This document shows positions 6,498 to 16,163 of a stretch of DNA of 24,000 nt, one piece after another (within the stretch, counting starts at the first letter, position 1; each line of letters starts with the position of its first letter). The notes beneath the pieces were generated by a model, which saw nothing but the letters and a program-made list of their open reading frames with translations, was not told where the DNA came from and did no database searches. The stretch comes from Mollicutes bacterium Phil14. GTDB taxonomy: Bacteria; Bacillota_I; Bacilli_A; ML615J-28; CAG-698. The translations under genes and the position numbers were made by a program. The DNA is taken from assembly GCA_001940985.1 (NCBI GenBank), contig MSHB01000021.1, positions 3,644-27,643 of the forward strand, written 5' to 3'.

Positions 6498-8186
6498 ATG
6501 CAAATAAAAAAAATGGATGGTGTGCTTTTTAAAGCATTAGTTATCGGTGGCGCTCAAAATTTGAAAAATAATTACGCAGAAATAGATTCTTTAAATGTTT
6601 TCCCAGTTCCTGATGGTGATACTGGTACTAATATGAAAATGACAATTGATGGTGGAATAAACGAAATATATAATTTGCACGAAAATAGTATTCAAGAAGT
6701 TGCAAAAAAACTTTCTAGAGGAATGCTAATGGGGGCTAGAGGTAATTCTGGTGTAATATTATCTCAATTATTCAGAGGTGTTGCAAAGGGATTTGATGGG
6801 TTTGAACAAGTTGATGCTATTAGACTTGCAAATGCTTTCGCAAGTGGCGTTGAACAAGCATACAAAGCTGTTATGAAACCTGTTGAAGGTACAATTCTTA
6901 CTGTGGCAAGAGAAGCAAGTGAAAAGATGACAGCTATTTCTTCATCTAGAATGTCAATAAATGAATTCTTTAGTGAATACGTTGATGAAGTAAAAGCTTC
7001 ACTTAATAGAACTCCTGACTTACTACCTGTTTTAAAAGAATCAGGTGTTGTTGATAGTGGTGGAGCAGGATATCTTTGCATTGTTGAAGGTATGATAAAA
7101 GTTTTAGAAGGCGAAGAAGTTGAAGTTTGTGATTGTGGAATGGAACATAGTCGTTTTGGTGTTGAGACTACTTTAGCTAAAGAAGAAGAAAGCAATGAAT
7201 TCGGATATTGTACAGAATTCATTTTAGAAATAAAAAATGAACTTAACCCTGCTGATTTTGATGAAAGAGTAGTTTTAGATGAATTAATGCCAATAGGTGA
7301 TTCAATTGCTCTTGTTAAAGATGATAATTTAATAAAAGTTCATATTCATACATTAGTTCCTGGAAATGTTTTAAACATTGGACAAAAATATGGTGAATTT
7401 ATAAAATTGAAAATAGAAAATATGACTATTCAACATCATGAAAATCAAGAGATTAAACATGTTGAAGTAGGCGTTTGTGAATGTGGTTCTGAACATTTAC
7501 CACCAGTGCAAAAACCAGAAGTTAGAAAGAAATATGCTGTTGTAACTGTTGCTAGTGGTGCCGGCCTAATTAAGACATTTAAAGATTTAGGTGCTGATTA
7601 TGTTGTTAGTGGTGGTCAAAGTATGAATCCTTCAACAGAGGATTTCATTCGTGGATATGATACTTTAAATGCTGAACACATTTTAGTTTTCCCTAACAAT
7701 AAAAATATTATTTTAGCTGCTAACCAATCTGCTAAGATATATACAGAAAGTCAAGTACATGTTATTGAAAGTAAAACTATTGCTCAAGGTTTTTCTGCTC
7801 TAACAATGCTTGATATTAGCGGTGAGGTAGATGACATTATTGAAGAAATGAATAGTGTTATTAGTAATGTTACAACTGGATTAGTAACATATTCTATTCG
7901 TGATACTGTTGTTGAAGGATTAAAAATTCGTAAAGATGATTATATAGGAATTTGTAATAACAAGATAGTAGCATCATTTAAACGAAAAATTGATACTGTT
8001 AAAGCACTATTAAAAGAAGCTGTTACTGATGAAAAAGAATTAATTACTATCATTTATGGTAATGATACAACTTTAAAAGAAGTTAATGAATTCGTGAAAT
8101 ATATTGAGAAAAATTATAGTAATCTTGAGGTTGATGTTATTGAAGGAAATCAAGAAGTCTATAGTTATATTCTAGCGATAGAGTAG
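6498..8186 (+). CDS. fakA: DAK2-domain protein YloV / fatty acid kinase ATP-binding subunit FakA
   Basis: N-terminal DhaL/Dak2 motifs (VFPVPDGDTGTNM, GARGNSGVILSQ). Central Cys/His region and DegV-like C-terminal domain. Position between rpmB and recG matches Bacillus and Staphylococcus. GGAGG sits 8 nt before ATG 6498, and the track start TTG 6483 overlaps that RBS. Confidence 0.85.
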   Translation: MQIKKMDGVLFKALVIGGAQNLKNNYAEIDSLNVFPVPDGDTGTNMKMTIDGGINEIYNLHENSIQEVAKKLSRGMLMGARGNSGVILSQLFRGVAKGFDGFEQVDAIRLANAFASGVEQAYKAVMKPVEGTILTVAREASEKMTAISSSRMSINEFFSEYVDEVKASLNRTPDLLPVLKESGVVDSGGAGYLCIVEGMIKVLEGEEVEVCDCGMEHSRFGVETTLAKEEESNEFGYCTEFILEIKNELNPADFDERVVLDELMPIGDSIALVKDDNLIKVHIHTLVPGNVLNIGQKYGEFIKLKIENMTIQHHENQEIKHVEVGVCECGSEHLPPVQKPEVRKKYAVVTVASGAGLIKTFKDLGADYVVSGGQSMNPSTEDFIRGYDTLNAEHILVFPNNKNIILAANQSAKIYTESQVHVIESKTIAQGFSALTMLDISGEVDDIIEEMNSVISNVTTGLVTYSIRDTVVEGLKIRKDDYIGICNNKIVASFKRKIDTVKALLKEAVTDEKELITIIYGNDTTLKEVNEFVKYIEKNYSNLEVDVIEGNQEVYSYILAIE

Positions 8187-8189
8187 AAT

Positions 8190-8216
8190 AAGGGCTTTTA
8201 TAAAAAGCCTTTTTAT
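8190..8216 (+). terminator. Intrinsic terminator or attenuating hairpin after fakA
   Basis: GGCTTTT-ata-AAAAGCC followed by TTTTTATTT. recG starts only about 20 nt later, so some read-through is likely. Confidence 0.5.
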
Positions 8217-8234
8217 TTATTTATGGAGTAAAAA

Positions 8235-10265
8235 ATGAAAGAAACATTATTGTCTGAATTGGAGTATGTTACTCCAAAGACTATCCAAATATTAAAGAAA
8301 AATAATATTATAACCGTATCTGATTTATTATTAAATTTCCCAAATAAATTTGATGATTATACAATAGTATCATTTGATAATATTATTCCAGATACTAATG
8401 TGACTGTTTCTGGAGTTGTGCAAACAAAGGCAACTGTTGCAAATGTTAAAACTAAATTATCTGTTATGAATTTTTATGTTGATATTGAAGGGCATAAAGT
8501 TAGAGCAACAATATTTAATAGACATTTCTTAAAATCAAAGATTAACTATGGTGTATATGTCCGCTTAACTGGAAAATTTAGTGAAAATCTTAAAAGTATC
8601 ACTGTTTCAGAAATTAGTTTCAATGAATTCAGCAATAATATAAATCCTGTTTTCAATATTAAAGGATTAACTGATGAAAAAATATTGGATCTAAAGGAAA
8701 AAGTTTATGATGATTTTTGTGATGATATTGAAGAAATATTGCCAAATGAAATATTAAAAGAAAAAGAATTGATTCCTTTAAGAAGAGCAGTAAAATATAT
8801 TAATATTCCTGAAACTGATGAAGAAATACAAAAAGCTATTAAAAGAATTAAATATGAAGAATTGTTTCTTTATCAATTGAAAATAAAGTATATGCTATAT
8901 ATGCGAAAGAATTTTCCTCAGGGTGTCGAAATACATTATGATGAAGAAAAAGTTGCTGATTTTATTAAAAGATTACCATTTGAGTTAACTGTTGATCAAA
9001 AAAGATCTGTTGAAGAAATATTATATGATATGAGATCTCCTTACAAAATGAATAGACTTTTACAAGGAGAAGTTGGAAGTGGAAAAACTGTTGTGGCAGC
9101 GATAGCATTATATGCAGCTATTACAGCTGGTTACCAAGGTGCTATTATGGTGCCTACTGAAGTTTTGGCTAATCAACATTACAAGACATTTTCTGAACTT
9201 TTTAAAAATGCTGATGTCAATATTATGATGCTTTCTTCATCGGTTTCTCAAAAGGATAGAAAGGTTATTTTAGCTGATTTAGCTACAAAAAAAATAGATA
9301 TAATAATTGGAACTCATTCATTGTTCCAACGTGATGTAGAATTTAATTCTTTGGGATTGGTAATTACTGATGAAGAGCATCGTTTTGGTGTTAAGCAAAG
9401 AGTATCAATTGTTGGCAAAGGATATTTAATTGACCATTTAAAAATGAGTGCTACGCCAATTCCTAGAACATTAGCAATTAGTGTTTTAGGAGAATCAGAT
9501 ATTTCTTTTATTAAAACTTTGCCAGGAAAAAAACGTGAAGTTATAACTAAATATCTGCGATATAGTGAAAGAAAAATTGCTGTTGATCATATTAAAGAAG
9601 AAATTGAAGCTGGGCATCAAGTCTATGTCGTTGTTCCAATGATTGAAGAAAGTGAAGCAATAGATTTATCAAATGCTACACAGATATATGAAAGTATGGT
9701 TAAATATTATAAAGGAATTTGTAATGTTGGCTTAATTCATAGTCGTCTTCGCCGTGAAGAAAAAGAACAAGTTATGAATGATTTTAATTCCAATAAAATA
9801 CAAATATTAGTCTCTACTAGTGTAATTGAAGTTGGTGTTAATGTTATTAATGCTACAACTATGGTTATTTTAGATGCTGATCGTTTTGGAATAGCTCAAC
9901 TTCATCAAATGCGTGGGCGAGTTAGAAGAAGTGATAATCAAGCATATTGCTTTTTGATAAGTGACGCTACAAATTCTACTTCAGTTGATAGATTAAAACT
10001 TGTTGAAGAAAATAGTGATGGATTCAAACTTGCTGAAGAAGATTTGATAATAAGAGGTCCGGGAGATTTCTTTGGAGAAAAACAATCAGGTATGGTTCCA
10101 TTTAAAATAGCAAACTTGATTAGTGATAAAGAAATATTAGAGGATGCAAATGAATTAGCAAATGAAGTTATAAACTCTAAGAAATTATATGAAGATAATG
10201 AATACAAAAAGATATTAAAAATTGTTGAAGATAATTATAACAATAATAAAGAAATGTTAGATTAA
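8235..10265 (+). CDS. recG: ATP-dependent DNA helicase RecG
   Basis: Wedge/OB N-terminus, intact SF2 motifs GEVGSGKT, VITDEEHRFGV, SATPIPRT and QLHQMRGRVRR, and C-terminal RGPGDFFG.KQSG. Confidence 0.95.
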   Translation: MKETLLSELEYVTPKTIQILKKNNIITVSDLLLNFPNKFDDYTIVSFDNIIPDTNVTVSGVVQTKATVANVKTKLSVMNFYVDIEGHKVRATIFNRHFLKSKINYGVYVRLTGKFSENLKSITVSEISFNEFSNNINPVFNIKGLTDEKILDLKEKVYDDFCDDIEEILPNEILKEKELIPLRRAVKYINIPETDEEIQKAIKRIKYEELFLYQLKIKYMLYMRKNFPQGVEIHYDEEKVADFIKRLPFELTVDQKRSVEEILYDMRSPYKMNRLLQGEVGSGKTVVAAIALYAAITAGYQGAIMVPTEVLANQHYKTFSELFKNADVNIMMLSSSVSQKDRKVILADLATKKIDIIIGTHSLFQRDVEFNSLGLVITDEEHRFGVKQRVSIVGKGYLIDHLKMSATPIPRTLAISVLGESDISFIKTLPGKKREVITKYLRYSERKIAVDHIKEEIEAGHQVYVVVPMIEESEAIDLSNATQIYESMVKYYKGICNVGLIHSRLRREEKEQVMNDFNSNKIQILVSTSVIEVGVNVINATTMVILDADRFGIAQLHQMRGRVRRSDNQAYCFLISDATNSTSVDRLKLVEENSDGFKLAEEDLIIRGPGDFFGEKQSGMVPFKIANLISDKEILEDANELANEVINSKKLYEDNEYKKILKIVEDNYNNNKEMLD

Positions 10266-10275
10266 GGAGAAAATT

Positions 10276-11280
10276 ATGGTTAAACTAGCTATTGATATTA
10301 TGGGTGGAGATTTTGCTCCAGATGAAATAATTAAAGGCGTTAATATAGCATTAGATGAAAATAAAGATTTAGAACTTGTTTTATTTGGTGATGAAAATAT
10401 CATAAAAAATAATGTTAAACATTTAGATAGAGTAAAAATTGTTAATGCACCAGATAAAATCGATATGGGAGAAAAAGACCCTATTGGTGAAGTTAGAAGA
10501 AATCGTGAAACTTCTTTAGTAAAAGCTTTTCAAGCTGTTAAAGATAAAGAAGTTGATGGTGCTGTAACAGCTGGTCCAACTCAAGGTACAATTGCTGCAG
10601 CTCACTTAATCATTAGAAGAATAAAGGGAATGAAAAGAGTAGCACTATGTCCAACTTTACCTAATTTAGGTGGTAAATCAAGATTACTATTAGATGTAGG
10701 TGCAAATGTTGAATTAAGAAGTGAACACTTATTGCAAATAGCTCAATTTGCTACAATCTATTTACAAGAAACACACAACATCGAAAGACCTTTGGTAGGT
10801 TTAGTAAATATTGGTGCTGAACCAGGTAAGGGACGTGAAGTTGATAAAGAGACTTTTAACTTGCTTAAAGAAAATGAAAAAATAAATTTCTTTGGTAACG
10901 TAGAACCAAAAGAACTATTTACTACTCCTTGTGATATTTTAATTACTGATGGTTTTACTGGAAATATGGTTATGAAAACATGCGAAGGTGTTGCTAAGAC
11001 AATAGGTTCATTTTTGAAAGATGAAATAAAATCTTCATTTTCTGCTAAAATCGGATATATTTTTATGAACAAAGTATTTAAAAAATTTAAAAAAGTTATG
11101 AATCCTGATGAAGTAGGTGGAGCTGTTTTATTTGGTGTTGATGGAGTAGTTGTTAAAGCTCATGGTGCTAGTAATGCATATGCTTTTTCTAGAGCTATTA
11201 ATCAAGCTAAACGTACTGTTGAAGGACAAGTAGTTCAAAAAATGAAGAATATTATAGAGGAAACTAATGATGGAGAATAA
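10276..11280 (+). CDS. plsX: Phosphate acyltransferase PlsX
   Basis: IAIDIMGGDFAP N-terminus, plus LLLDVGAN, ITDGFTGN and VVKAHGAS motifs. Confidence 0.95.
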   Translation: MVKLAIDIMGGDFAPDEIIKGVNIALDENKDLELVLFGDENIIKNNVKHLDRVKIVNAPDKIDMGEKDPIGEVRRNRETSLVKAFQAVKDKEVDGAVTAGPTQGTIAAAHLIIRRIKGMKRVALCPTLPNLGGKSRLLLDVGANVELRSEHLLQIAQFATIYLQETHNIERPLVGLVNIGAEPGKGREVDKETFNLLKENEKINFFGNVEPKELFTTPCDILITDGFTGNMVMKTCEGVAKTIGSFLKDEIKSSFSAKIGYIFMNKVFKKFKKVMNPDEVGGAVLFGVDGVVVKAHGASNAYAFSRAINQAKRTVEGQVVQKMKNIIEETNDGE

Positions 11281-11968
11281 TTTTTTTAATAGTGAATTAA
11301 GTGCCACTTTAAAAAAATTAGGCATTAGTGTAAATGACACTAATTTGTATTTAACTGCTTTTACACATACATCTTATGCCAATGAGCATAAGGCGGAAAA
11401 TAATGAAAGATTGGAATTTTTAGGTGATGCAATTCTTGACTTTTTAGTTGGAGAATATTTATATCGCACTTACCCAGATATGCCTGAAGGTGATATGTCT
11501 AAAATCAGATCAAAATATGTTTGTGCTAATGCTAATGCCGAATATGCTGTTTTTTTAAAGCTTAATAAAAATTTACGTTTAGGAAAAGGCGAAAAAGAAC
11601 ATGGTGGCGATGAAAAACACGCAGTATTAGCAGATTTATTTGAGGCATTTCTTGGAGCAATGTACTTAGATAGTGGACTTGACTCTGTCAGGAAAATTTT
11701 GAATCTTGTAATTTTTTCAAAAATAGAGTATATTGATAAGGGTTACTTTGTTGATTATAAAAGTAAACTTCAAGAAGATATTCAGGCTGAAAGTAGAAAA
11801 GGCTTAGTGTATCAAGTTGATAATGAAATTGGTCCATCACATAACAAAACATTTACTGTTAGTGTTTTTCATGATGGTGTAAGACTTGGAACAGGAATTG
11901 GAAAAACGAAGAAGGAAGCCGAACAAGAAGCAGCAAAACAGGCTTTGGCAAAAAAAGTTACAAAATAG
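11267..11968 (+). CDS. rnc: Ribonuclease III
   Basis: RNase III signature ERLEFLGDAILD and ADLFEAFLGA. C-terminal dsRBD (HNKTF...GIGKTKKEAEQEAAKQAL). Overlaps the plsX end by 14 nt. Confidence 0.95.
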   Translation: MMENNFFNSELSATLKKLGISVNDTNLYLTAFTHTSYANEHKAENNERLEFLGDAILDFLVGEYLYRTYPDMPEGDMSKIRSKYVCANANAEYAVFLKLNKNLRLGKGEKEHGGDEKHAVLADLFEAFLGAMYLDSGLDSVRKILNLVIFSKIEYIDKGYFVDYKSKLQEDIQAESRKGLVYQVDNEIGPSHNKTFTVSVFHDGVRLGTGIGKTKKEAEQEAAKQALAKKVTK

Positions 11969-11980
11969 GGAGAGTTAATT

Positions 11981-12610
11981 ATGAATAGCTACTATTATTT
12001 ATTAAAAGACAATGTCATAGAATTTGATAAATTAATATTGGATAAATATTATTTATTAGGTTTAAATGAAATTGATACTATTATTTTAATAAAATTAAAT
12101 AACTTATTAAAATATGGAGATAGATCACTGTCTTTAAATGAAATAGTTCCATTTATGAGTATAAGTGAGGATGAATGCAGCAAAAGAATAGTTAAACTTG
12201 TTGAAGAAGGTTTCATTACTCTTGAGCTTTTAAATGTTAAATCTAAAGAAACTTTTAGTTTAGATCAAACATATCGTCGATTGAGTCTATTATTATTAGA
12301 TGAAGATAAAGCAAAAGAAAGTGATGAGAAAAAGGAATTAGTTAAGAATACTACATTACTTTTAGAAAAAGAAATGAATAAAATACTAAATTCAATAGAA
12401 AAAGAAATAATTACTAAATGGTATTATGATTACCAATATAGTCAAAATGATATTGATGATGCTATAATGGAAGCTTTGAAAAGAAAGAATTGTGGCATAC
12501 AATTTATAGATAGGACTTTATATAAAAAGAATCACAAACAAGAAAAACTTAGTGCTAATAGTGAAATTGAGGATTTATTTAATCAAGTGTATGTTAAAAA
12601 AAGAAAATAG
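11981..12610 (+). CDS. dnaD: DnaD-like replication initiation / primosome protein
   Basis: N-terminal winged-helix-like region and C-terminal DnaD/DnaB_2-type motif (EKEIITKWYYDYQYSQNDIDDAIMEAL). It lies immediately upstream of nth, as in B. subtilis dnaD-nth. Confidence 0.65.
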   Translation: MNSYYYLLKDNVIEFDKLILDKYYLLGLNEIDTIILIKLNNLLKYGDRSLSLNEIVPFMSISEDECSKRIVKLVEEGFITLELLNVKSKETFSLDQTYRRLSLLLLDEDKAKESDEKKELVKNTTLLLEKEMNKILNSIEKEIITKWYYDYQYSQNDIDDAIMEALKRKNCGIQFIDRTLYKKNHKQEKLSANSEIEDLFNQVYVKKRK

Positions 12611-13208
12611 AATATATAATACATTAGATGAGATGTTCCCTAATGCCAAATGTGAGTTGAATTATACAAATGCTTTTGAACTGCTTATAGCAGTATTGCT
12701 TTCAGCACAAACTACTGATGTTTCGGTTAATAAAGTTACAACTGAACTTTTTAAAAAATATCCAAATCCTGAAAGTCTTGCTAATGCTAATTCTGATGAT
12801 GTCAAAGAAATAATTAAGCCAATAGGATTAGCTAACAATAAAAGTAAGAACATTATTAATTTGTGTAAAAAATTAGTCGTTGAAAAAAATGGAATTATCC
12901 CATGTGATTATTATTATTTAATTACTTTACCAGGTGTTGGTAGAAAAACAGCTAATGTTATTTTAAGTGAATGGTTTAAAATTCCAAGAATTGCTGTTGA
13001 TACTCATGTTTTAAGAGTTAGTAATAGATTAGGCTTAACTGATAGTAGTGATGTGTTAGAGGCTGAGGAAGATTTGATGAAACTTTATCCAAAAGAAAAT
13101 TGGCATCACTTGCACCATATTTTATTGTTTTTTGGTAGATATTTTTGCAAAGCCAAAAATCCTAATTGTTTAGATTGCCCACTTAAAGATATTTGCACCA
13201 AAAAGTGA
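12591..13208 (+). CDS. nth: Endonuclease III
   Basis: LSAQTTD, helix-hairpin-helix LPGVGRKTANVIL, catalytic VDTHV, and the 4Fe-4S cluster motif CKAKNPNCLDCPLKDIC. ATG 12591 gives the usual N-terminus. The track start at GTG 12552 lies deep inside dnaD. Confidence 0.9.
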   Translation: MLKKENRIYNTLDEMFPNAKCELNYTNAFELLIAVLLSAQTTDVSVNKVTTELFKKYPNPESLANANSDDVKEIIKPIGLANNKSKNIINLCKKLVVEKNGIIPCDYYYLITLPGVGRKTANVILSEWFKIPRIAVDTHVLRVSNRLGLTDSSDVLEAEEDLMKLYPKENWHHLHHILLFFGRYFCKAKNPNCLDCPLKDICTKK

Positions 13209-13260
13209 CAATAAATTTGTTTTACTTATTCTATAATATATTTATAGAAGAGGTGTTAAT

Positions 13261-13428
13261 ATGAAGGTGAAAGTTTTTGATGAAAATCACGAAAAAGATT
13301 TAGAAGAAAAAATTAACAAATTTTTATCTGGTGATTATGAAATAATTGATATTAAATATCAAGTAGCTATAATGTATGATAACAAAGAACAAATTTTTTG
13401 CTATAGTGCAATGATTATTTATAAATAA
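13261..13428 (+). CDS. cse60: Cse60/YteV-like small sporulation protein (55 aa: MKVKVFDENHEKDLEEKINKFLSGDYEIIDIKYQVAIMYDNKEQIFCYSAMIIYK), absent from the ORF track
   Basis: GAGGTG RBS 5 nt upstream of the ATG, clean ORF, strong terminator right after the stop. The pattern KVFDE.HEKDLE..IN.FL...I.DIKYQVA......CYSA.I.Y matches my recollection of the Bacillus Cse60 family. No search was done. Confidence 0.55.
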   Translation: MKVKVFDENHEKDLEEKINKFLSGDYEIIDIKYQVAIMYDNKEQIFCYSAMIIYK

Positions 13429-13431
13429 TTA

Positions 13432-13480
13432 AAAATAGGTCTATGATACCAAAGATTTTGGTTAATCGTAGACCTTTTAT
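13432..13480. terminator. Bidirectional intrinsic terminator between cse60-like ORF (+) and rqcH (-)
   Basis: Long hairpin with outer stem AGGTCTA (13437-13443) / TAGACCT (13469-13475) and inner stem ACCAAA / TTTGGT. It is flanked by AAAAAT upstream and TTTTAT downstream. Confidence 0.65.
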
Positions 13481-13487
13481 GTTATAG

Positions 13488-15080
13488 TTATTTAATTCTT
13501 TTTAATTTCTTTTCAATTTCTTCATTTGATGGAGTAACAAAAACTGTTTTTTGATTAGTATATGTTACAAAAGAGCCAAGAGTTCCAGGAATTTTTTTGA
13601 CATATTTTATTAATGTGTAGTCAACTGCAATATTACTAGATAATCTCCCTTTTGAATAGTATCCAGCGACCATTGCCGCAAGATTAATTATACTATCAGT
13701 TGGATTATTAGTCCTTAGTATTGTGTGGCTGCCTGAATATCCTTGAACATGGAAGAAGTAGTCATTGCTTTTAGCAAAGGTGTTAGTAAGATAATTGTTT
13801 TGTAAATTATTTTTGCCAACATAAATATAATTATTATATTCATCTTCATAAATAGTAATATTAGGGGATGATTTTTTCTTGGCAGGTGTTTTAGTATTCC
13901 TTAAATTTAATTCTTCAGATATTTCAATTAATTCAGGGGATTTTGCTACAGAAAGTTGCTCTAATAGGCATTTATAATAATCTATTTCATTTTTAGTTTT
14001 TTCTATTTGCTCTTTAGAAATATCTAATGTTCTTTTTGCTTTTTTGTATTTGTTATAATAATGATTCATATTAGAACTTGGTGAAATTAATGGATCTAAT
14101 TGAATAGTGGTTTCACAATTATTATAATAATCATAGACAGTAATAGCTTTATCACCTTTTTTTATTAAGTGTAAATTAGATGATAATAAATTGCCTATTT
14201 TTTCATATTTTAAATTTGCTTGAGCATCACTTTCTTCAGTTTTTTGTTTTTCAAGCTTGTTTTCTGCTCTTTTTAGAGATTTGCTCAAGAAATTATGAAT
14301 GTTAGTTTGTTCATTGTTTAAATGACTTTCTTGTTTAATTTTAAAGTAATAGTTATATAATAGTTCTGATAAACTATTAAAATTAGTAACATTACCTCCT
14401 AAATGCTTAAGTGGAAAACAATAAAAGAAAAATTTAGTTTCTAATTTAATTAGTGAAGGTTGTGTGTCCTGATTAATAATTTGTTGGGAATTATTATATA
14501 CCATTTCATTAAAGCATAATTGACTCACACCTTGAAAATTATTTATTAATAAATCACCATTGCAAGTAAATGGATTAATTTTAGTAGTTTGTTCAGGAAC
14601 GTATTTGATTTTTGGTGTTAAAATTCTTAGATCTTCATCATTAGGAAGTAATCTTTTATAACAATCAATAATAATGTCATTTTCATCAGTCAAAATTGCG
14701 TTAGAATTTCTTCCGAAAAGTTCGATAATTAAATTTATTTTCTTTGCATAACCAAGTTCATCAAACGATATGAGTCTCATGATTAGGACTCTATCATTTT
14801 CTATTTGATCGATAGCCTCAATTATGCTTGATTCACAATATTTTTTTAATACTGTTAAAAATGGATTAATCTTTGAACTCTTAACAAATTCTTCATTATC
14901 TATTGAAAATCTAATATGTGGAGAATTGCTATTTAGACAAATATATAAGTATTTTTTATTTTGCAATAAAAAAGCAAATTCATTATTATTAATGATTATT
15001 AATTTATTAATCCTTAATTGTTCTAATTGTGGTTTTAATTCCTCTATTAAATGATGTAAAAATACTCCATCTATATTCAT
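13488..15080 (-). CDS. rqcH: Ribosome quality control protein RqcH (NFACT / FbpA / YloA family)
   Basis: NFACT-N start MNIDGVFLHHLIEEL, a DR motif (IENDRVL), a central coiled-coil, and a C-terminal NFACT-R/DUF814-type motif (DYFFHVQGYSGSHTIL). Confidence 0.85.
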   Translation of the reverse strand: MNIDGVFLHHLIEELKPQLEQLRINKLIIINNNEFAFLLQNKKYLYICLNSNSPHIRFSIDNEEFVKSSKINPFLTVLKKYCESSIIEAIDQIENDRVLIMRLISFDELGYAKKINLIIELFGRNSNAILTDENDIIIDCYKRLLPNDEDLRILTPKIKYVPEQTTKINPFTCNGDLLINNFQGVSQLCFNEMVYNNSQQIINQDTQPSLIKLETKFFFYCFPLKHLGGNVTNFNSLSELLYNYYFKIKQESHLNNEQTNIHNFLSKSLKRAENKLEKQKTEESDAQANLKYEKIGNLLSSNLHLIKKGDKAITVYDYYNNCETTIQLDPLISPSSNMNHYYNKYKKAKRTLDISKEQIEKTKNEIDYYKCLLEQLSVAKSPELIEISEELNLRNTKTPAKKKSSPNITIYEDEYNNYIYVGKNNLQNNYLTNTFAKSNDYFFHVQGYSGSHTILRTNNPTDSIINLAAMVAGYYSKGRLSSNIAVDYTLIKYVKKIPGTLGSFVTYTNQKTVFVTPSNEEIEKKLKRIK

Positions 15081-15199
15081 AATAATTACCTCAATAATAT
15101 TTTATCACAAAAGTAAATGAAAAAAAATAAAAAGTGAAAAATTATTCTTCCATTTTCATTATAATTGTAGTATAATTATAATAATATGAGGAAAATTTT

Positions 15200-15820
15200 A
15201 TGAAATTAGATGACAAGGGTTTACTTATTGTAATATCAGGTCCGTCTGGTGTTGGAAAAGGTACAGTTCGCAAGGCTTTGTTTGAGCGCGAAGGACACGA
15301 TTTAGTGTACTCTATTTCTATGACTACTAGGAAACCAAGACAGGGTGAAACGAACGGGAAAGAATATTACTTTGTAACTAAAGAAGAATTTGAAAAAAAT
15401 ATTTCCGAAGGAAAAATGTTAGAATACGCAGAGTTTGTTAATAATTATTATGGTACACCATTAGATAAAATTAATGAACAATTAGAATCGGGAAAAGAAG
15501 TTGTTTTGGAGATAGAAGTTCAAGGCGCTATGCAAGTAAAGAAAAAAGTTAAGGATGCAGTGTTTATTTTTATTGCCCCCCCATCAATGAATGCCTTGTA
15601 TAGCAGATTAACTAATCGTGGTACAGAGACTGAAAAAATTATAAAAGAACGTTGCGAAAAAGCAAAACGTGAAGTTGGCTTAGCTAATATGTATGATTAT
15701 ATAGTTGTAAATGATGAAGTCAGTAATGCGGCTGATAAAATTATCGCTATAATTCGTGCAGAACATGCGAGAACAAAAAGAACTATTGATAAATATCAAA
15801 AAATGCTGGAGGTAAAATAA
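15200..15820 (+). CDS. gmk: Guanylate kinase
   Basis: GPSGVGKGTV P-loop, plus SISMTTRKPRQGE..G.EYYFV and EIEVQGA motifs. Confidence 0.95.
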   Translation: MKLDDKGLLIVISGPSGVGKGTVRKALFEREGHDLVYSISMTTRKPRQGETNGKEYYFVTKEEFEKNISEGKMLEYAEFVNNYYGTPLDKINEQLESGKEVVLEIEVQGAMQVKKKVKDAVFIFIAPPSMNALYSRLTNRGTETEKIIKERCEKAKREVGLANMYDYIVVNDEVSNAADKIIAIIRAEHARTKRTIDKYQKMLEVK

Positions 15821-16062
15821 TGGCTGAAAATAAAGATGGAATAAGATACCCTTCAATTGACCAATTAACTTTAAAAACACATTCAAAGTATAAGTTAGTA
15901 GTTGGCGCTGCTAAAAGAGCTAAAGAATTAGAAGCAGGAGAAAAACCACTTATAACTGATGCTCGTAGTAAGAAAAGCTTAGGTATTGCTCTTGAAGAGA
16001 TTATCGAAGACAAAATTAAAATCGTTGATATTAGCGGTGATGATGATTCCTTATCTAAATAA
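15820..16062 (+). CDS. rpoZ: DNA-directed RNA polymerase subunit omega
   Basis: YPSIDQL....SKYKLVVGAAKRAKEL is the typical omega core. ATG overlaps the gmk TAA (TAATG). Position after gmk is conserved. Confidence 0.85.
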   Translation: MAENKDGIRYPSIDQLTLKTHSKYKLVVGAAKRAKELEAGEKPLITDARSKKSLGIALEEIIEDKIKIVDISGDDDSLSK

Positions 16063-16076
16063 GGAATTTTTATTTT
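16046..16076 (+). terminator. Intrinsic terminator after rpoZ
   Basis: ATTCCTTA-tctaaa-TAAGGAAT followed by TTTTTATTTT. The stem overlaps the rpoZ stop codon. Confidence 0.6.
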
Positions 16077-16163
16077 ACATTTTTACTATTTTATGATAAT
16101 ATAAATATATAAAAAATAAAAAATCAATCAGTATGGTATTATAGTTATATAGGAGGTCACGTT

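Noticed and set aside
6764-7222. 152-aa minus-strand ORF in the track, the longest antisense ORF
   Set aside because: It lies entirely antisense to the strongly supported fakA/yloV gene. Its translation is low-complexity and Ser/Thr/Pro-rich, it has no RBS, and it is typical of the shadow frame of a real gene.
7128-7496. Duplicated CxCGxEH motifs in FakA (VCDCGMEH at 7128-7148 and VCECGSEH at 7476-7496) that looked like an unusual inserted metal site
   Set aside because: As I recall, the central domain of Staphylococcus FakA carries a structural Cys/His zinc site. These motifs are most simply the conserved zinc ligands of that domain rather than a novelty. An alignment to FakA would confirm this.
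577-13208. Possibility of Mollicutes-type genetic code 4 (TGA = Trp), given the very low GC and the plsX-rnc arrangement
   Set aside because: TGA terminates ORFs at positions consistent with family lengths: the first ORF at 577-579, rlmN at 3704-3706 and nth at 13206-13208. Trp is encoded by TGG throughout, and no long gene needs TGA read-through. The standard bacterial code fits.
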